Assembly: GCA_950097015.1 (NCBI GenBank)
Contig: CATNEN010000039.1
Location: 16,988,001 to 17,052,000 of the forward strand
Direction: 5' to 3'
DNA: 64,000 nucleotides
Source: Macrostomum hystrix
Lineage: Eukaryota > Animalia > Platyhelminthes
Numbering within the stretch: position 1 is the stretch's first letter; each line of letters starts with the position of its first letter. The notes beneath the pieces are model-generated. The model was not told the DNA's origin. It did no database searches and saw nothing but the letters and a program-made list of their open reading frames with translations. Below, one piece after another: positions 48,940 to 61,603 of this stretch. A program made the translations under genes and the position numbers.

Positions 48940-49370
48940 ACCCTCTAGATTGGGATCAAAATATTTTCTGGATTATTATCAAAATCGTTTCTAGATTGGG
49001 ATCAAAACTGTTTCTAGATTGGGATCAAAATCGTTTCTAGATTAGGATCAAAATCGTTTCTAGTTTGGGATCAAAACTGCTTCTAGATTGGGATCAAAAT
49101 CGTTTCTAGATTGGGATCAAAACTGCTTCTAGATTGGGATCAAAATTGTTTCTAGATTGGGATCAAAATTGTTTCTAGATTAGGATCAATATCCTTTCTG
49201 GATTGATTTCAAAATCCTTTCTGGATTATTATCAAAATCGTTTCTAGATTGGGATCAAAACTGTTTCTAGATTGGGATCAAAATCCTTTCTAGATTGGGA
49301 TCAAAATTGTTTCTAGATTGGGATCAAAATTGTTTCTAGATTGGGATCAAAATCCTCTATGGATTTAACT
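48940..49370. repeat. 23-bp minisatellite (TTTCTAGATTGGGATCAAAATTG)
   Basis: Direct inspection. Confidence 0.9.
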
Positions 49371-49423
49371 CTAAATCCCGTTCTAGATAGGATCTAAAAG
49401 CTACTAATTCCAGATGAACTCAC

Positions 49424-49806
49424 CCGTCCAGTGTATTGATTCTGCCGTTGACGCCGGCGCCAACCGCTATTGGGCAGCAGTTCACAATGCTTAGATTTGC
49501 CAGCGAACTAAATAAGTTGCCGTCGAATCGCAAGTTACCGCCGACTCGATTCAGCATGAGGCTCTGAAGCTGAGCCGCCCTGCTTGCTGTCAGTGGAGCC
49601 TGTGGAGGCCAGCTTGTCAAATTGACATTAACCAGAGTCAGTCTAGTTGTTGACGATGTCAATTCGTTTTGAAATAATTGATTAGCTGAAATTTCTAAAT
49701 CGTTTAGAATGCAATCGGTTCTATCTGATTCGCAAACTGCCGACACTAGCAGCGGCAGCAGCGGCAGCAGCAGCAGTGGCAGCTGGCGCGATTGTAGCAT
49801 CGACAT
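49424..49806 (-). CDS. Nested LRR gene, first coding exon (signal peptide and N-cap)
   Basis: MSMLQSRQLPLLLLPLLPLLVSAVC..; donor gtgag at 49423. Spliced ORF is 633 aa. An upstream acceptor near 49853 and a donor (cag|gtaagt) at 50788 suggest a 5' UTR exon. Confidence 0.85.
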
Positions 49807-49889
49807 CTTTGATTGTTTTTGTTATTGCTAGCTGTTGATTATAATTTAATGCTCTGAAATTTGATTAGGGGCCGAAATTGTAGTGCTGA

Positions 49890-50690
49890 GAAGACTGAGA
49901 TTAGATGAGAGATTCTAAAAAGACTGAGATTAGATGAGAGATTCTAAAAAGACTGAGATTAGATGACAGATTCTAAAAAGACTGAGATTAGATGAGAGAT
50001 TCTAAAAAGACTGAGATTAGATGACAGATTCTAAAAAGACTGAGATTAGATGAGAGATTCTAAAAAGACTGAGATTAGATGAGAGATTCTAAAAAGACTG
50101 AGATTAGATGAGAGATTCTAAAAAGACTGAGATTAGATGAGAGATTCTAAAAATAGTGAGATTAGATGAGAGATTCTAAAAAGACTGAGATTAGATGAGA
50201 GATTCTAAAAATAGTGAGATTAGATGAGAGATTCAGAGATTAGGTGAGAGATTCAGAGATTAGGTGAGAGATTCAGGGATTAGGGGAGAGATTAGGTGAG
50301 AGATTCAGGGATTAGGGGAGAGATTAGGTGATAGATTCAGAGATTAGGTGAGAGATTCAGGGATTAGGTGAGAGATTCAGGGATTAGGTGCGAGATTAGG
50401 TGAGAGATTCAGGGATTAGGTGAGAGATTAGGTGAGAGATTCAGGGATTAGGTGAGAGATTAGGTGAGAGATTCAGGGATTAGGTGAGAGATTAGGTGAG
50501 AGATTCAGAGATTAGGTGAGAGATTAGGTGAGAGATTCAGAGATTAGGTGAGAGATTAGGTGAGAGATTCAGGGATTAGGTGAGAGATTCAGAGATTAGG
50601 TGAGAGATTAGGTAAGAGATTCAGAGATTAGGTGAGAGATTAGGTGAGAGATTCAGGGATTAGGTGAGAGATTCAGAGATTAGATTCAGA
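49890..50690. repeat. Compound array: 29-bp GACTGAGATTAGATGAGAGATTCTAAAAA, then 12/20-bp GAGATTAGGTGA-type units
   Basis: Direct inspection. Confidence 0.92.
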
Positions 50691-51899
50691 GAGATATAGA
50701 GAGATTGTGAAATGGATAGCTGTATTTCTCAAGAATTGAGTAAGTCTAGCTAAAATAAAAGGTTATTAATAGCAGCAAAATACTTACCTGCCAACGCAAA
50801 TCCAATAGCTACCTTATGGTCACTTTTTTCTGAGACTGTAGAATTGATTAATATGTATCTGTCTAGGTCATAGCCTAGTCCCTGGTCGCACACCATATAC
50901 ACACACACGCCAAGTTTCGAGTTGAGAAACAATTAATGAGTATACTGGACTAGTAGCTAGGCTATTATTATTATTATTAACTACTATTATTATTAGAGAC
51001 ACTGGCCGCTTGCAGTGCTGGCCTGTCTGTCGGTACAGTCCTGTCTTTTTGTCGGTCTTATAAATATATATCTTTCACGGCCACCGTTTTAATTCTCTCT
51101 GTCTCTCTCTGTCTCTCTCACTTCTCTGGTTTTTAAATCGCTCTTTCAATATATATATATTATAATGTTTAGTATGCTATATATATAATTTCCTTTATAC
51201 TTGGCGCCGACACACGCACAAGCACAAGAAAGGGTTAGCGGAGGTGAGGTGGGTGGAAGCCAACCGCGTCAGTCGGACAGGAAAGGAAAGGAAAGAAAGA
51301 GAATGTACACTAGCGGCCGCTCGCTCACTCTATGTCTGTCTGTCTGTCTGTCTTTCCGCCAACTTTTCTTTCCCAAACATCATTCCCTAGTCCTATCCTT
51401 TACTTGCCCAGTCATTCATTGGCCATATTGGTATAATAGCGTTACAAGAGAGGATACGAATGACTCACCCCAGTGTTTTGTCCCTGTTTCCTACCAACCA
51501 ACCTTTACAGAAAAAACTGTTTTTTTCCCACTCCGCATTTCATTCCCCATCCCATCATCGACTTCCAAAAATCTGTCCTGCACTCGACACAAAAATTACC
51601 GACAGCTCGTGTGCTTTTCCTAGCCGGGAAAATATTCTTAATGAATTGATGAACTTGTTTTTGCGCATAGGGTAGCTACAGGCTACAGCTCCAACAAAGG
51701 CTGTGTACAGATGTTCAGTCCGTGGACTGGGGACCCAAATTTCTACCCCCTTCTAGCTAAAGCTGATACACTAGTGTTATGTGTGTATATACTAGTTAAG
51801 ATTGAAGTTATAGAGTGATAGTAAGAGTGACAATAACTTGATGAAGTGATAAGTGAGTGACAAAATTAGATAAAGAGAAATAGGGAGAGAAATACGGGG

Positions 51900-52680
51900 G
51901 GAGGTTTGGGGAAGAGAGACGGAGATTAGGGGAGAAAGACAGGGAGATTAGAAGAAAAACGACAGGGAGATTAGGGGGAGAAAGACGGCGAGATTAGGGG
52001 AGAGAAATGGAGAATAAGGGGAGAAAGACAGGGATATTTGGTGAAGAAAGACAGCAAGATTGGGGGAAGAAAGACAGGTAGATTAGGGGGAGAAAGACAG
52101 GTAGATTAGGGGGAGAAAGACAGGTAGATTAGGGGAGAAAGACAGGGAGATTAGGGGGAGAATGACAGCAAGATTGGGGGGGGGGGAGAATGACAGCAAG
52201 ATTGGGGGGGGAGAAAGACAGCGAGATTAAGGGGAGAAAGACAGGGAGATTAGAAGAAAAACGACAGGGAGATTAGGGGGAGAAAGACGGCGAGATAAGG
52301 GGAGAGAAATGGAGATTAGGGGGAAGAAATAGGGAGATTAAGGGAAGAAGGAGGGAGATTAGGGGAACAAAGACAGCAAGATTGGGGGAAGAAAGACAGG
52401 TAGATTAGGGGGAGAAAGACAGGTAGATTAGGGGGAGAAAGACAGGTAGATTAGGGGGAGAAAGACAGGGAGATTGGGGGAAGAAAGACAGGGAGATTAG
52501 GGGGAGAAAGACAGGGAGATTAGGGGGAGAAAGACAGGTAGATTAGGGGGAGAAAGACAGGGAGATTAGGGGGAGAAAGACAGGGAGATTATTGGCAGAA
52601 AAACGGGAGATTAAGGGGAGAAAGACAGCGAGATTAAGGGGAGAAAGTCAGGTAGATTAAGGGTAGAAATTAGGATAAAA
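51900..52680. repeat. G-rich ~22-bp repeat (GAGATTAGGGGGAGAAAGACAG)
   Basis: Direct inspection. Confidence 0.88.
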
Positions 52681-53474
52681 AAGACAGAGTAGATTCGGGT
52701 ATGAAGACCGGGAGTTCAGAAGATGCAACAGGTATCAGAAATAATCAGCAGGGTTACTAGCCAGTGAAGCAGCAGCAAGCAGAAGTAGTATAATTCTTAT
52801 CTTTATTGTCAAGCGCACAAGTTTTTATGTGTTCTGCTTCATTCTGTTAGGAAATGTGCAAATAAGTCGCAATGGTTGCTTCCATTTGCGGCGCTGTAAA
52901 AGCCAAGTTTAAGAGGCTCGTTATATGTTCGAATTTCTATATGTAGATTTAACCAAACGCGATGGTTGGACAGTTTCCTTGCATTTTTTGCACAGTTCGT
53001 AAATTAAGAAAAAAAGGAATCATGTTTCTAAAAAAGCATCGTAAAAGTTTTTATCGAATCATGGTCTGATTGCATCTGAATAATTAAAAAACTAGGCAAT
53101 TTTAACGCAACAGTTAATCATTTTATGAGGCCATTGCTTTTATATAGATTTCTTGTGTTTTTTCGTGTTACCAGAAAATCTTAATTCGGATAAAAATACT
53201 TAAGTAACTAGAGGAAGAATTTGGTAACTAGTAGGATTTGGGGATTTAGGATAACTAGGGATAGAATGAAAGTCAACTGAAAAGAGAACTAGGGTAACTA
53301 GGGGGGATTTGGGAAACTATGGGGTAACTATGGGGAGAATTAAGGCAACTGGGTTAGAGTTAGCTAAGGGAAAAGAAAAGGGCTAACTACATGGTACTTA
53401 TAAATATTCGTGCACTAGATTTCAAACTCGGGTACTAGGGGTTAGAATTATGGTGCTAAAAATGGAGATTTATA

Positions 53475-55065
53475 GGGGTGAGAATGGAGGTTACTAGGGG
53501 TGAGAATGGAGGTTACTAGGGGTGAGAATGGAGGTTACTAGGGGTGAGAATGGAGGTTACTAGGGGTGAGAATGGAGGTTACTAGGGCTGAGAATGGAGG
53601 TTACTAGGGCTGAGAATGGAGATTACTAGGGCTGAGAATGGAGGTTACAAGGGGTGAGAATGGAGGTTACAAGGGGTGAGAATGGAGATTACTAGGGCTG
53701 AGAATGGAGATTACTAGGGGTGAGAATGGAGGTTACAAGGGGTGAGAATGGAGATTACTAGGGCTGAGAATGGAGATTACTAGGGGTGAGAATGGAGGTT
53801 ACTAGGGGTGAGAATGGAGGTTACAAGGGGTGAGAATGGAGGTTACTAGGGCTGAGAATGGAGATTACTAGGGGTGAGAATGGAGGTTACAAGGGGTGAG
53901 AATGGAGATTACTAGGGGTGAGAATGGAGGTTACAAGGGGTGAGAATGGAGGTTACTAGGGCTGAGAATGGAGGTTACTAGGGGTGAGAATGGAGGTTAC
54001 AAGGGGTGAGAATGGAGGTTACTAGGGCTGAGAATGGAGGTTACAAGGGGTGAGAATGGAGGTTACTAGGGCTGAGAATAGAGATTACTAGGGGTGAGAA
54101 TGGAGGTTACTAGGGGTGAGAATGGAGGTTACTAGGGATGAGAATGGAGGTTACTAGGGCTGAGAATGGAGGTTACAAGGGGTGAGAATGGAGATTACTA
54201 GGGGTGAGAATGGAGGTTACTAGGGGTGAGAATGGAGGTTACTAGGGATGAGAATGGAGGTTACTAGGGCTGAGAATGGAGGTTACAAGGGGTGAGAATG
54301 GAGATTACTAGGGGTGAGAATGGAGGTTACTAGGGGTGAGAATGGAGATTACTAGGGCTGAGAATGGAGGTTACTAGGGCTGAGAATGGAGATTACTAGG
54401 GGTGAGAATGGAGGTTACAAGGGGTGAGAATGGAGGTTACTAGGGCTGAGAATGGAGGTTACTAGGGGTGAGAATGGAGGTTACAAGGGGTGAGAATGGA
54501 GGTTACTAGGGCTGAGAATAGAGATTACTAGGGGTGAGAATGGAGGTTACTAGGGGTGAGAATGGAGGTTACTAGGGATGAGAATGGAGGTTACTAGGGC
54601 TGAGAATGGAGGTTACAAGGGGTGAGAATGGAGATTACTAGGGGTGAGAATGGAGGTTACTAGGGGTGAGAATGGAGGTTACTAGGGATGAGAATGGAGG
54701 TTACTAGGGCTGAGAATGGAGGTTACAAGGGGTGAGAATGGAGATTACTAGGGGTGAGAATGGAGGTTACTAGGGGTGAGAATGGAGATTACTAGGACTG
54801 AGAATGGAGGTTACTAGGGCTGAGAATGGAGGTTACAAGGGGTGAGAATGGAGATTACTAGGGCTGAGAATGGAGGTTACTAGGGCTGAGAATGGAGATT
54901 ACTAGGGGTGAGAATGGAGGTTACTAGGGCTGAGAATGGAGATTACTAGGGGTGAGAATGGAGGTTACAAGGGGTGAGAATGGAGATTACTAGGGCTGAG
55001 AATGGAGGTTACTAGGGGTGAGAATGGAGGTTACAAGGGGTGAGAATGGAGATTACTAGGGGTTA
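53475..55065. repeat. 22-bp minisatellite (GGGGTGAGAATGGAGGTTACTA)
   Basis: Direct inspection. Confidence 0.95.
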
Positions 55066-56542
55066 GAATCGAGAATGTATATAAGCTGACGTGAAGATTC
55101 ATTCAGTTAGAAGACTGTAGTTACCAATGTTATTCTAGCTTACTAACATCCATCATTATAAATAGATGACTCCGACACTACGGCAGTGTAATTCATAATC
55201 ATTATTATTATTATTAATAGGAAGATTTATTACTTCTGTCTGCAGTGGCGGTAGTGGCTGTAAAATTCCCACACAAATGTTTCGCAGACGATTGATCAGC
55301 TATGTGCTAGGCTAAATATTCATTATTTCTGATACACGATGATAGTGTTACGCTCTATACTTCATCATCCTAGATTTCCCATCACTGTATAGTCAGTCTG
55401 TCAGCAATGCCGTTTGTTGGTGTTTTTGAAACACCGCCAGTCAGCATCACCTGGCCCTGCTATATAACTTATCTCCATCTATCTGGTATTTGCCGCTCAC
55501 GCCACGCTGCAGACAACAAAAGCGAGCCGATCAGATGTAACTCCAATCGTACAGGAGACTGCCCAACTATAATCCATCGTTAATCCCTTCATGCAATAGC
55601 CTTATCGTGTGTGCGGGGTCAGGGCCTGGGTTGGTGCTATCTTCAACTGTATTAATGGCAAAAGAAATGTTCAAAACTTCGTCTATCTGAATGGGATAAA
55701 TATCATCGTGAAAAGCTTCAACAGTAGGAATACCAAGCCATTTTGTGGCTTGTTTTTTGTACCAACGGGGACTTCCCCTCCACTTGATGTTTTTTTGCAG
55801 CGCCTGAATGCTAACAGCGTTGGGTGGTGACTGATTGGTTGACAGACTTGGCGGTGGTGTCCTGTGGTTGAGCTGCGCCTAATACTTAGGCTTGATCAGT
55901 GAAATTGGAGAAATTCGCGTCAGGGTATCCATAGTGGTCTAGTTCCACCTGTTGTAGCCCTTGAAGGTCCAGCAGTCCGTCTATATAAAGGTAGGTGACC
56001 ACCGAAGACGGAGATGATGCAAGCACATTCGGGTGACATGCTGATAAGTTTTGAAGGCCTGGCAACGCCGCACTGAGGCGCAGTGCTAATTTGTGTATTG
56101 GGGTGTATGAAACACACTAGCTCTTATGGAAAAATCCGACCTTCGGCCAGAACCATTGAATATCTCGACGATCTTAAGAGCTGGCGACTTGATTATTGTT
56201 TCAGAAGATGCGCAACAAAAAAGTGGGCCGTGTTCTTGAGTTCCATGTGCTTGTGTTGTTTCGTTCTGGTGCAGCACGAAAAATTGGCAATTTGCCACCC
56301 TTGGTAGTTCTACTGTTAATCCATTAATTACACTATTCTCTACTACATGCTACTGTAAAACTTTAATACCTTATAATAAATATAATTTAGTTACACCTGT
56401 CCCAAACTGGCCAGATGTGCAGCCGACAGGGCTGCGTACGGCTGTTAAGTCCATGGACTGGGGGGGGCGCCGCACCCACCCTCTATTCACACTAGCTAAT
56501 GCTTTAACAGATGTCTTGATATGGGACACATATTGTTCCAAT

Positions 56543-56597
56543 GGAGTTAGGAATCGAACCCCCGACCTTCAATTCATGAGTCTGACACTCTAACCTT
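56543..56597 (-). other. tRNA-derived fragment (probable SINE head or tRNA pseudogene)
   Basis: Minus strand GGTTAGAGTGTCAGACTCATGAATTGAAGGTCGGGGGTTCGATTCC has a T-loop/B box, but no intact acceptor stem. Confidence 0.45.
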
Positions 56598-57019
56598 TAA
56601 TATCTACCCTACCCTACTCCATTCTAACCAAGTCTTCTGGCATTGTTAAACCATCAATAAAAAATATTATCGTACAAAGTGAGGTGTCATAATAAAAGCA
56701 AAGTTTTATGAAATAATAAAAAAGCATTCCTGTTGAAATCTGCCCTGGTGAGTTTTATGTTCGAGCTTTGCTCAGAGAAATTAGTTGTGTTTTATTGTAG
56801 AAGCCTCCAACAATGACTCGCTTTAATGGCCTGACAAATCAAAATATTCTCAAACTTATTTGGCCATTTTAATTAAGTTAGCTCTGAATCGTGTCTTAAA
56901 ATATTATTATACGGTTCATGTACGGCTTGTATATGCTCATATGCTCATGAAAAGGCTTGTTTGAGGCTGAACAACTCTGAATAAGTTTAAATATGCCAGC
57001 TTTTCCGGTTTTATATTTC

Positions 57020-57315
57020 TTGCCCTATCTATCTTACCCTATCTATCTTACCCTATCTTTCTTACCCTATCTTTCTTACCCTATCTATCTTACCCTATCT
57101 ATCTTACCCTATCTATCTTACCCTATCTATCTTACCCTATCTATCTTACCCTATCTTTCTTACCCTATCTTTCTTACCCTATCTTTCTTACCCTATCTTT
57201 CTTACCCTATCTCTCTTGCCCTATCTTTCTTACCCTATCTATCTTACCCTATCTTTCTTACCCTATATATCTTACCCTATCTTTCTTACCCTATCTATCT
57301 TACCCTATCTCTCTT
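57020..57315. repeat. 14-bp minisatellite (CTTACCCTATCTAT)
   Basis: Direct inspection. Confidence 0.92.
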
Positions 57316-58684
57316 ACCATTCTACTTTTCGTATTTTCTCCTTCTTTAATTTTCTAATTTCAAAGAATTTATCTTTTTGAAGAGAGCGTTATATTTTTTA
57401 ATTTCTAAGAAACAGGTTGGTCTAGAAAAAGAAGGCAGAATATTTATTAACTACTTCGGAGACTTGATCGATAACCCTAGAATTCGAAGCGAGATTCTAG
57501 TCTAAGCAGTCTAACCGCAGTCTAACCTATGTGCAATGTGCGAGCGGCACCCTTTGACTTGCAGTAAATAGTTTGCGATGCTGGATTTATTATAACTCTC
57601 TTTTCTTCAGTCGGCATTCGAAGATGGATCAGCGGGCGGTGGGGGGGGGGTTTTACGGGGGGGGGGTAGGTAGGGTGGGTGGGGATTTTCTGACAGCGGT
57701 CGATAGTAGAACGGGCTTTAAACCGTGCGTGCCTAATGCTTATTCAGTAGTGGCCCACAATAATTGGCAGGTGCCCCTTGCGCAGACCAAGGCTAGAAAT
57801 GCCAAGTCAATGGCCAACGGTTGATGGAATGGCAGAGAAAAAGAGGAAGAGGGGAAGAAACTAAGTTTCAGGAGATCCGGTTTCTGTCCAGGTTAACTCT
57901 ATGGTCTAAAAGTGAAAGGTTGAACGAATGCCGACCGGCGGTTTGTGTTTGGTGGTATGGTGTGCGAAATGAAGAATTTGTAATTGATTGCGCCAGTACC
58001 CTGCCCCTGGTTTCCGTCCCTTAGTTGGGCGCCTGGAAAGCAAAGCAAAACGAACAAAATGCTTGGCTATACAGTCAAATATGAATTCATATTTTATTAC
58101 TCCCATTTATGCTTCTAAGAACAAATCTCATATATTTGTATCTTTGCATACTTGCACACTTATAGCTTTGTGTCTTCAACCATGGAAATGTTTTTCTCAT
58201 AGACACTATATTTCTTTAAATTTGGCGATGGTTAAATACTTAGTTTTATATTGTACGTTTCCTATACTACTAATAAGTAGTAGCTATATTTTTTTTACTT
58301 TTTTTAAAGCAATAGTACTCGTACAATATTTGCGTGAGTGGAAATATTACAGATACCGAAACTTCGAAAAACATTCGCAGAACCCTTCAAGTTAAGCCCT
58401 AGGAATCCTTACATCCCTACATCCAGGCATCCAAACATCCCTTAATCCGTTAATCCGTACGCCCCTTAATCCCTACATTTCTTAATCCCTGCATATCTTG
58501 ATCCCTACACCCTTGATCCCTACACCCTTGATCCCTGCACCCCTTGATCCCTACACCCCTTGATCCCTACACCACGTAATCCCTACATCCTAAGAATCCC
58601 TACATTGAAACTAAACTCTTAGTTTCATAATATGATGTGAAACATGTAAACTATTTCGCATTCTTATAAATTGAATTCCATCAG

Positions 58685-58809
58685 GAAAAGTGCACGAGTA
58701 CTGCTGTTTCGGCTACTGCATCGATCTGCTGCGTAGATTGGCCAATTCAACGCCATTCAGTTATAATCTGTACCTGGTGCAGGACGGCACTATCGGCAAC
58801 AAGGAAACG
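58685..58809 (+). CDS. GRIN1: NR1 exon 5 (S1)
   Basis: YCCFGYCIDLLRRLA..YNLYLVQDGTIG; phase 1 matches exon 4 across the 13.2-kb intron. Confidence 0.93.
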
Positions 58810-58829
58810 GTTTGTGGGCTTCGTTCACC

Positions 58830-59465
58830 GATGCCTTCATGCATCCTTTCATCCAACCCTACATCCGTCCCTTCATCCATCTCTTCATGGATCCCTGCAT
58901 CCATCTCTTCATGCATCCCTTCATGCATCCCTTCATGCATCCCTGCATCCATCTCTTCATGCATCCCTTCATGCATCCCTTCATGCATCCCTTCATGCAT
59001 CCCTTCATGCATCCCTTCATGCATCCCTTCATGCATCCCTTCATGCATCCCTTAATCCATCCCTACATCCATCCCTTCATCCATCCCTTTATTCATAACT
59101 TCATCCATCGATGCATTCCTCCCTTCATCCATCCCTTCATATATCACTTCGTGCATCCATTTATTCATCCCTTCATGCATTCCTTCATGTATCCCTTCAT
59201 CCATCCCTTCATCCTTCACTTCATGGATCAATTTATTCATCCCTTCATGCATCCTTTCATGCATCCCTTCATCCATCCCTTCATCCATCCCTTCATCCAT
59301 CCCTTCATGCATCCCTTCATCCATCCCTTCATCCATCCCTTCATCCATCCCTTCATCCATCCCTTCATCCACCCCTTCATCCATCTCTACATCCATCCCT
59401 TCATGCAACCCTTCATCCATCCCTTCATCCCTACATCCATCCCTTTATCCACCCCTCCCTTCATG
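58830..59465. repeat. 12-bp minisatellite (CATCCCTTCATG/C)
   Basis: Direct inspection. Confidence 0.92.
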
Positions 59466-59483
59466 CATTGAACCATTCCGCAG

Positions 59484-59642
59484 GTGAACGGAGTTGTCAG
59501 GTGGACCGGCATTGTTGGCGACCTGTCAAGCGGTCTAGCCGACTTGGCGGTGGCGCCAATGACAATTACACCTGAGAGAAACCTGCGCGTGGCATTCACC
59601 AAGCCCTTTAAATATTTGGGCCTCACCATTCTTGTCAAGCGG
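59484..59642 (+). CDS. GRIN1: NR1 exon 6 (end of S1)
   Basis: WTGIVGDLSSGLADLAVAPMTITPERNLRVAFTKPFKYLGLTILVKR. Confidence 0.95.
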
Positions 59643-59659
59643 GTGAGTCTGAAATGGGA

Positions 59660-60060
59660 GAAATGGTAGAGTGACTGCTAGAAATGGTGGATTGATAGAG
59701 AGAAATTGTGGCGTGACATAGGAATGGTAGAGTGACAGAGAAATGGTAGAGTGACAAAGAAATGGTAGAGTGACAAAGAAATGGTAGGGTGAGAGAGAAA
59801 TGGTAGGGTGAGAGAGAAATGGTAGAGTGAGAGAGAAATGGTAGAGTGACAGAGAAATGGTAGAGTGACAGAGAAATGGTAGAGTGACAGAGAAACGATA
59901 GAGTGACACAGAGTTGGTTTTGAAAGAAAAATGGTAGAGTGACAGAGAAATGGTAGAGTGACAGAGAAATGGTAGAGTGAGAGAGAAATGGTAGATTGAC
60001 AGAGAAATGGTAGAGTGAGAGAGAAATGGTAGTGACAGAAATGGTAGAGTGACAGAGAAA
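59660..60060. repeat. 19-bp minisatellite (AGAGAAATGGTAGAGTGAC)
   Basis: Direct inspection. Confidence 0.92.
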
Positions 60061-60094
60061 TAGTGGTGATGCCTCGCCCCCCGCCGCACCCCAG

Positions 60095-60481
60095 AAACCG
60101 CCCACCAGCAGTCTGGGCTCATTTCTGCAGCCATTCGAGCGCACCCTGTGGGTTCTGGTCGGTCTGTCGGTACACGTGGTAGCCCTGGTGCTCTACCTCC
60201 TGGACAGATTCTCGCCTCTCGGCCGGTTTAAACTAGCTCGCAATCAGCAGGGCACAGACGAGGAGGCCTTGAATCTGTCTAGCGCGATGTGGTTCGCCTG
60301 GGGTGTCCTGCTCAACTCTGGCATCGGCGAGGGCACACCGAGGAGCTTCTCGGCCCGCGTGCTAGGCATGGTGTGGGCCGGCTTCGCTATGATCATTGTG
60401 GCCAGCTACACCGCTAATTTGGCAGCCTTCCTGGTGCTGGACAGGCCCGGCGGTCACATCTCCGGCATAGACGATGTTCGA
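60095..60481 (+). CDS. GRIN1: NR1 exon 7 (M1, M2 pore loop, M3)
   Basis: [76 protein letters not shown]; near-identical to GluN1, with the pore Asn retained. Confidence 0.97.
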
Positions 60482-60490
60482 GTGAGTTTC

Positions 60491-61245
60491 CGTGACTGTG
60501 ACTCCTCAGAATCCGTGACTGTGACTCCTCAGAATCCGTGACTGTGACTCCTCAGAATCCGTGACTGTGACTCCTCAGAATCCGTGACTGTGACTCCTCA
60601 GAATCCGTGACTGTGACTCCTCAGAATCCGTGACTGTGACTCCTCAGAATCCGTGACTGTGACTCCTCAGAATCCGTGACTGTGACTCCTCAGAATCCGT
60701 GACTGTGACTCCTCAGAATCCGTGACTGTGACTCCTCAGAATCCGTGACTGTGACTCCTCAGAATCCGTGACTGTGACTCCTCAGAATCCGTGACTCCTC
60801 AGAATCCGTGACTCCTCAGAATCCGTGACTCCTCAGAATCCGTGACTCCTCAGAATCCGTGACTCCTCAGAATCCGTGACTCCTCAGAATCCGTGACTCC
60901 TCAGAATCCGTGACTCCTCAGAATCCGTGACTCCTCAGAATCCGTGACTCCTCAGAATCCGTGACTCCTCAGAATCCGTGACTCCTCAGAATCCGTGACT
61001 CCTCAGAATCCGTGACTCCTCAGAATCCGTGACTCCTCAGAATCCGTGACTCCTCAGAATCCGTGACTCCTCAGAATCCGTGACTCCTCAGAATCCGTGA
61101 CTCCTCAGAATCCGTGACTCCTCAGAATCCGTGACTCCTCAGAATCCGTGACTCCTCAGAATCCGTGACTCCTCAGAATCCGTGACTCCTCAGAATCCGT
61201 GACTCCTCAGAATCCGTGACTCCTCAGAATCCGTGACTGTGACTT
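60491..61245. repeat. Bipartite array: 13 x 23-bp CGTGACTGTGACTCCTCAGAATC, then 26 x 17-bp CGTGACTCCTCAGAATC
   Basis: Unit switch at 60790; counts derived from coordinates. Confidence 0.95.
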
Positions 61246-61453
61246 TTCAGAATCCGTGAAAGCGTCCCCCCAAACCCAACCCAAGATTTTGTCCCCAGAA
61301 TCCGACCGGAAAATTGCATTTTTTTTTCTTTAAGCGGGATTGTTTAGCCTATTTTTGTCCTACTCTAAGTAGTTGTTTTTCGAAATTGTGACTCCTCACA
61401 AGTTTTCTTCAAATGACAGGAAAATAAAAATATTCTAATAAATTATTTCGCAG

Positions 61454-61603
61454 CTAAGAAATCCGGGCAACAATTTCACTTTCGCCACCGTGAAGAACAG
61501 CCCGGTAGAGGAGTACTTTAAGCGCCAGTTGGAGTACGCCACAATGACTCGAACTATGGACCAGGCCAAGAGGAAATACTACGATGTGCAGGAAGCTATC
61601 GAT
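61454..61603 (+). CDS. GRIN1: NR1 exon 8 (start of S2); the gene continues beyond the window
   Basis: LRNPGNNFTFATVKNSPVEEYFKRQLEYATM..YYDVQEAID|gtgagt. Confidence 0.93.

Noticed and set aside
9465-49370. Apparent enrichment of 6-bp palindromes (TCTAGA, ATCGAT, GAGCTC, GAATTC) in repeat units
   Set aside because: A 25-bp unit often contains a 6-bp palindrome by chance, and about half of the arrays have none.
46397-49806. Toll-like receptor call for the LRR gene
   Set aside because: The cytoplasmic tail is low-complexity with no TIR domain.
50230-55065. Telomeric repeats (TTAGG/TTAGGG motifs)
   Set aside because: The motifs are isolated within 12-22-bp units rather than forming tandem TTAGGG.
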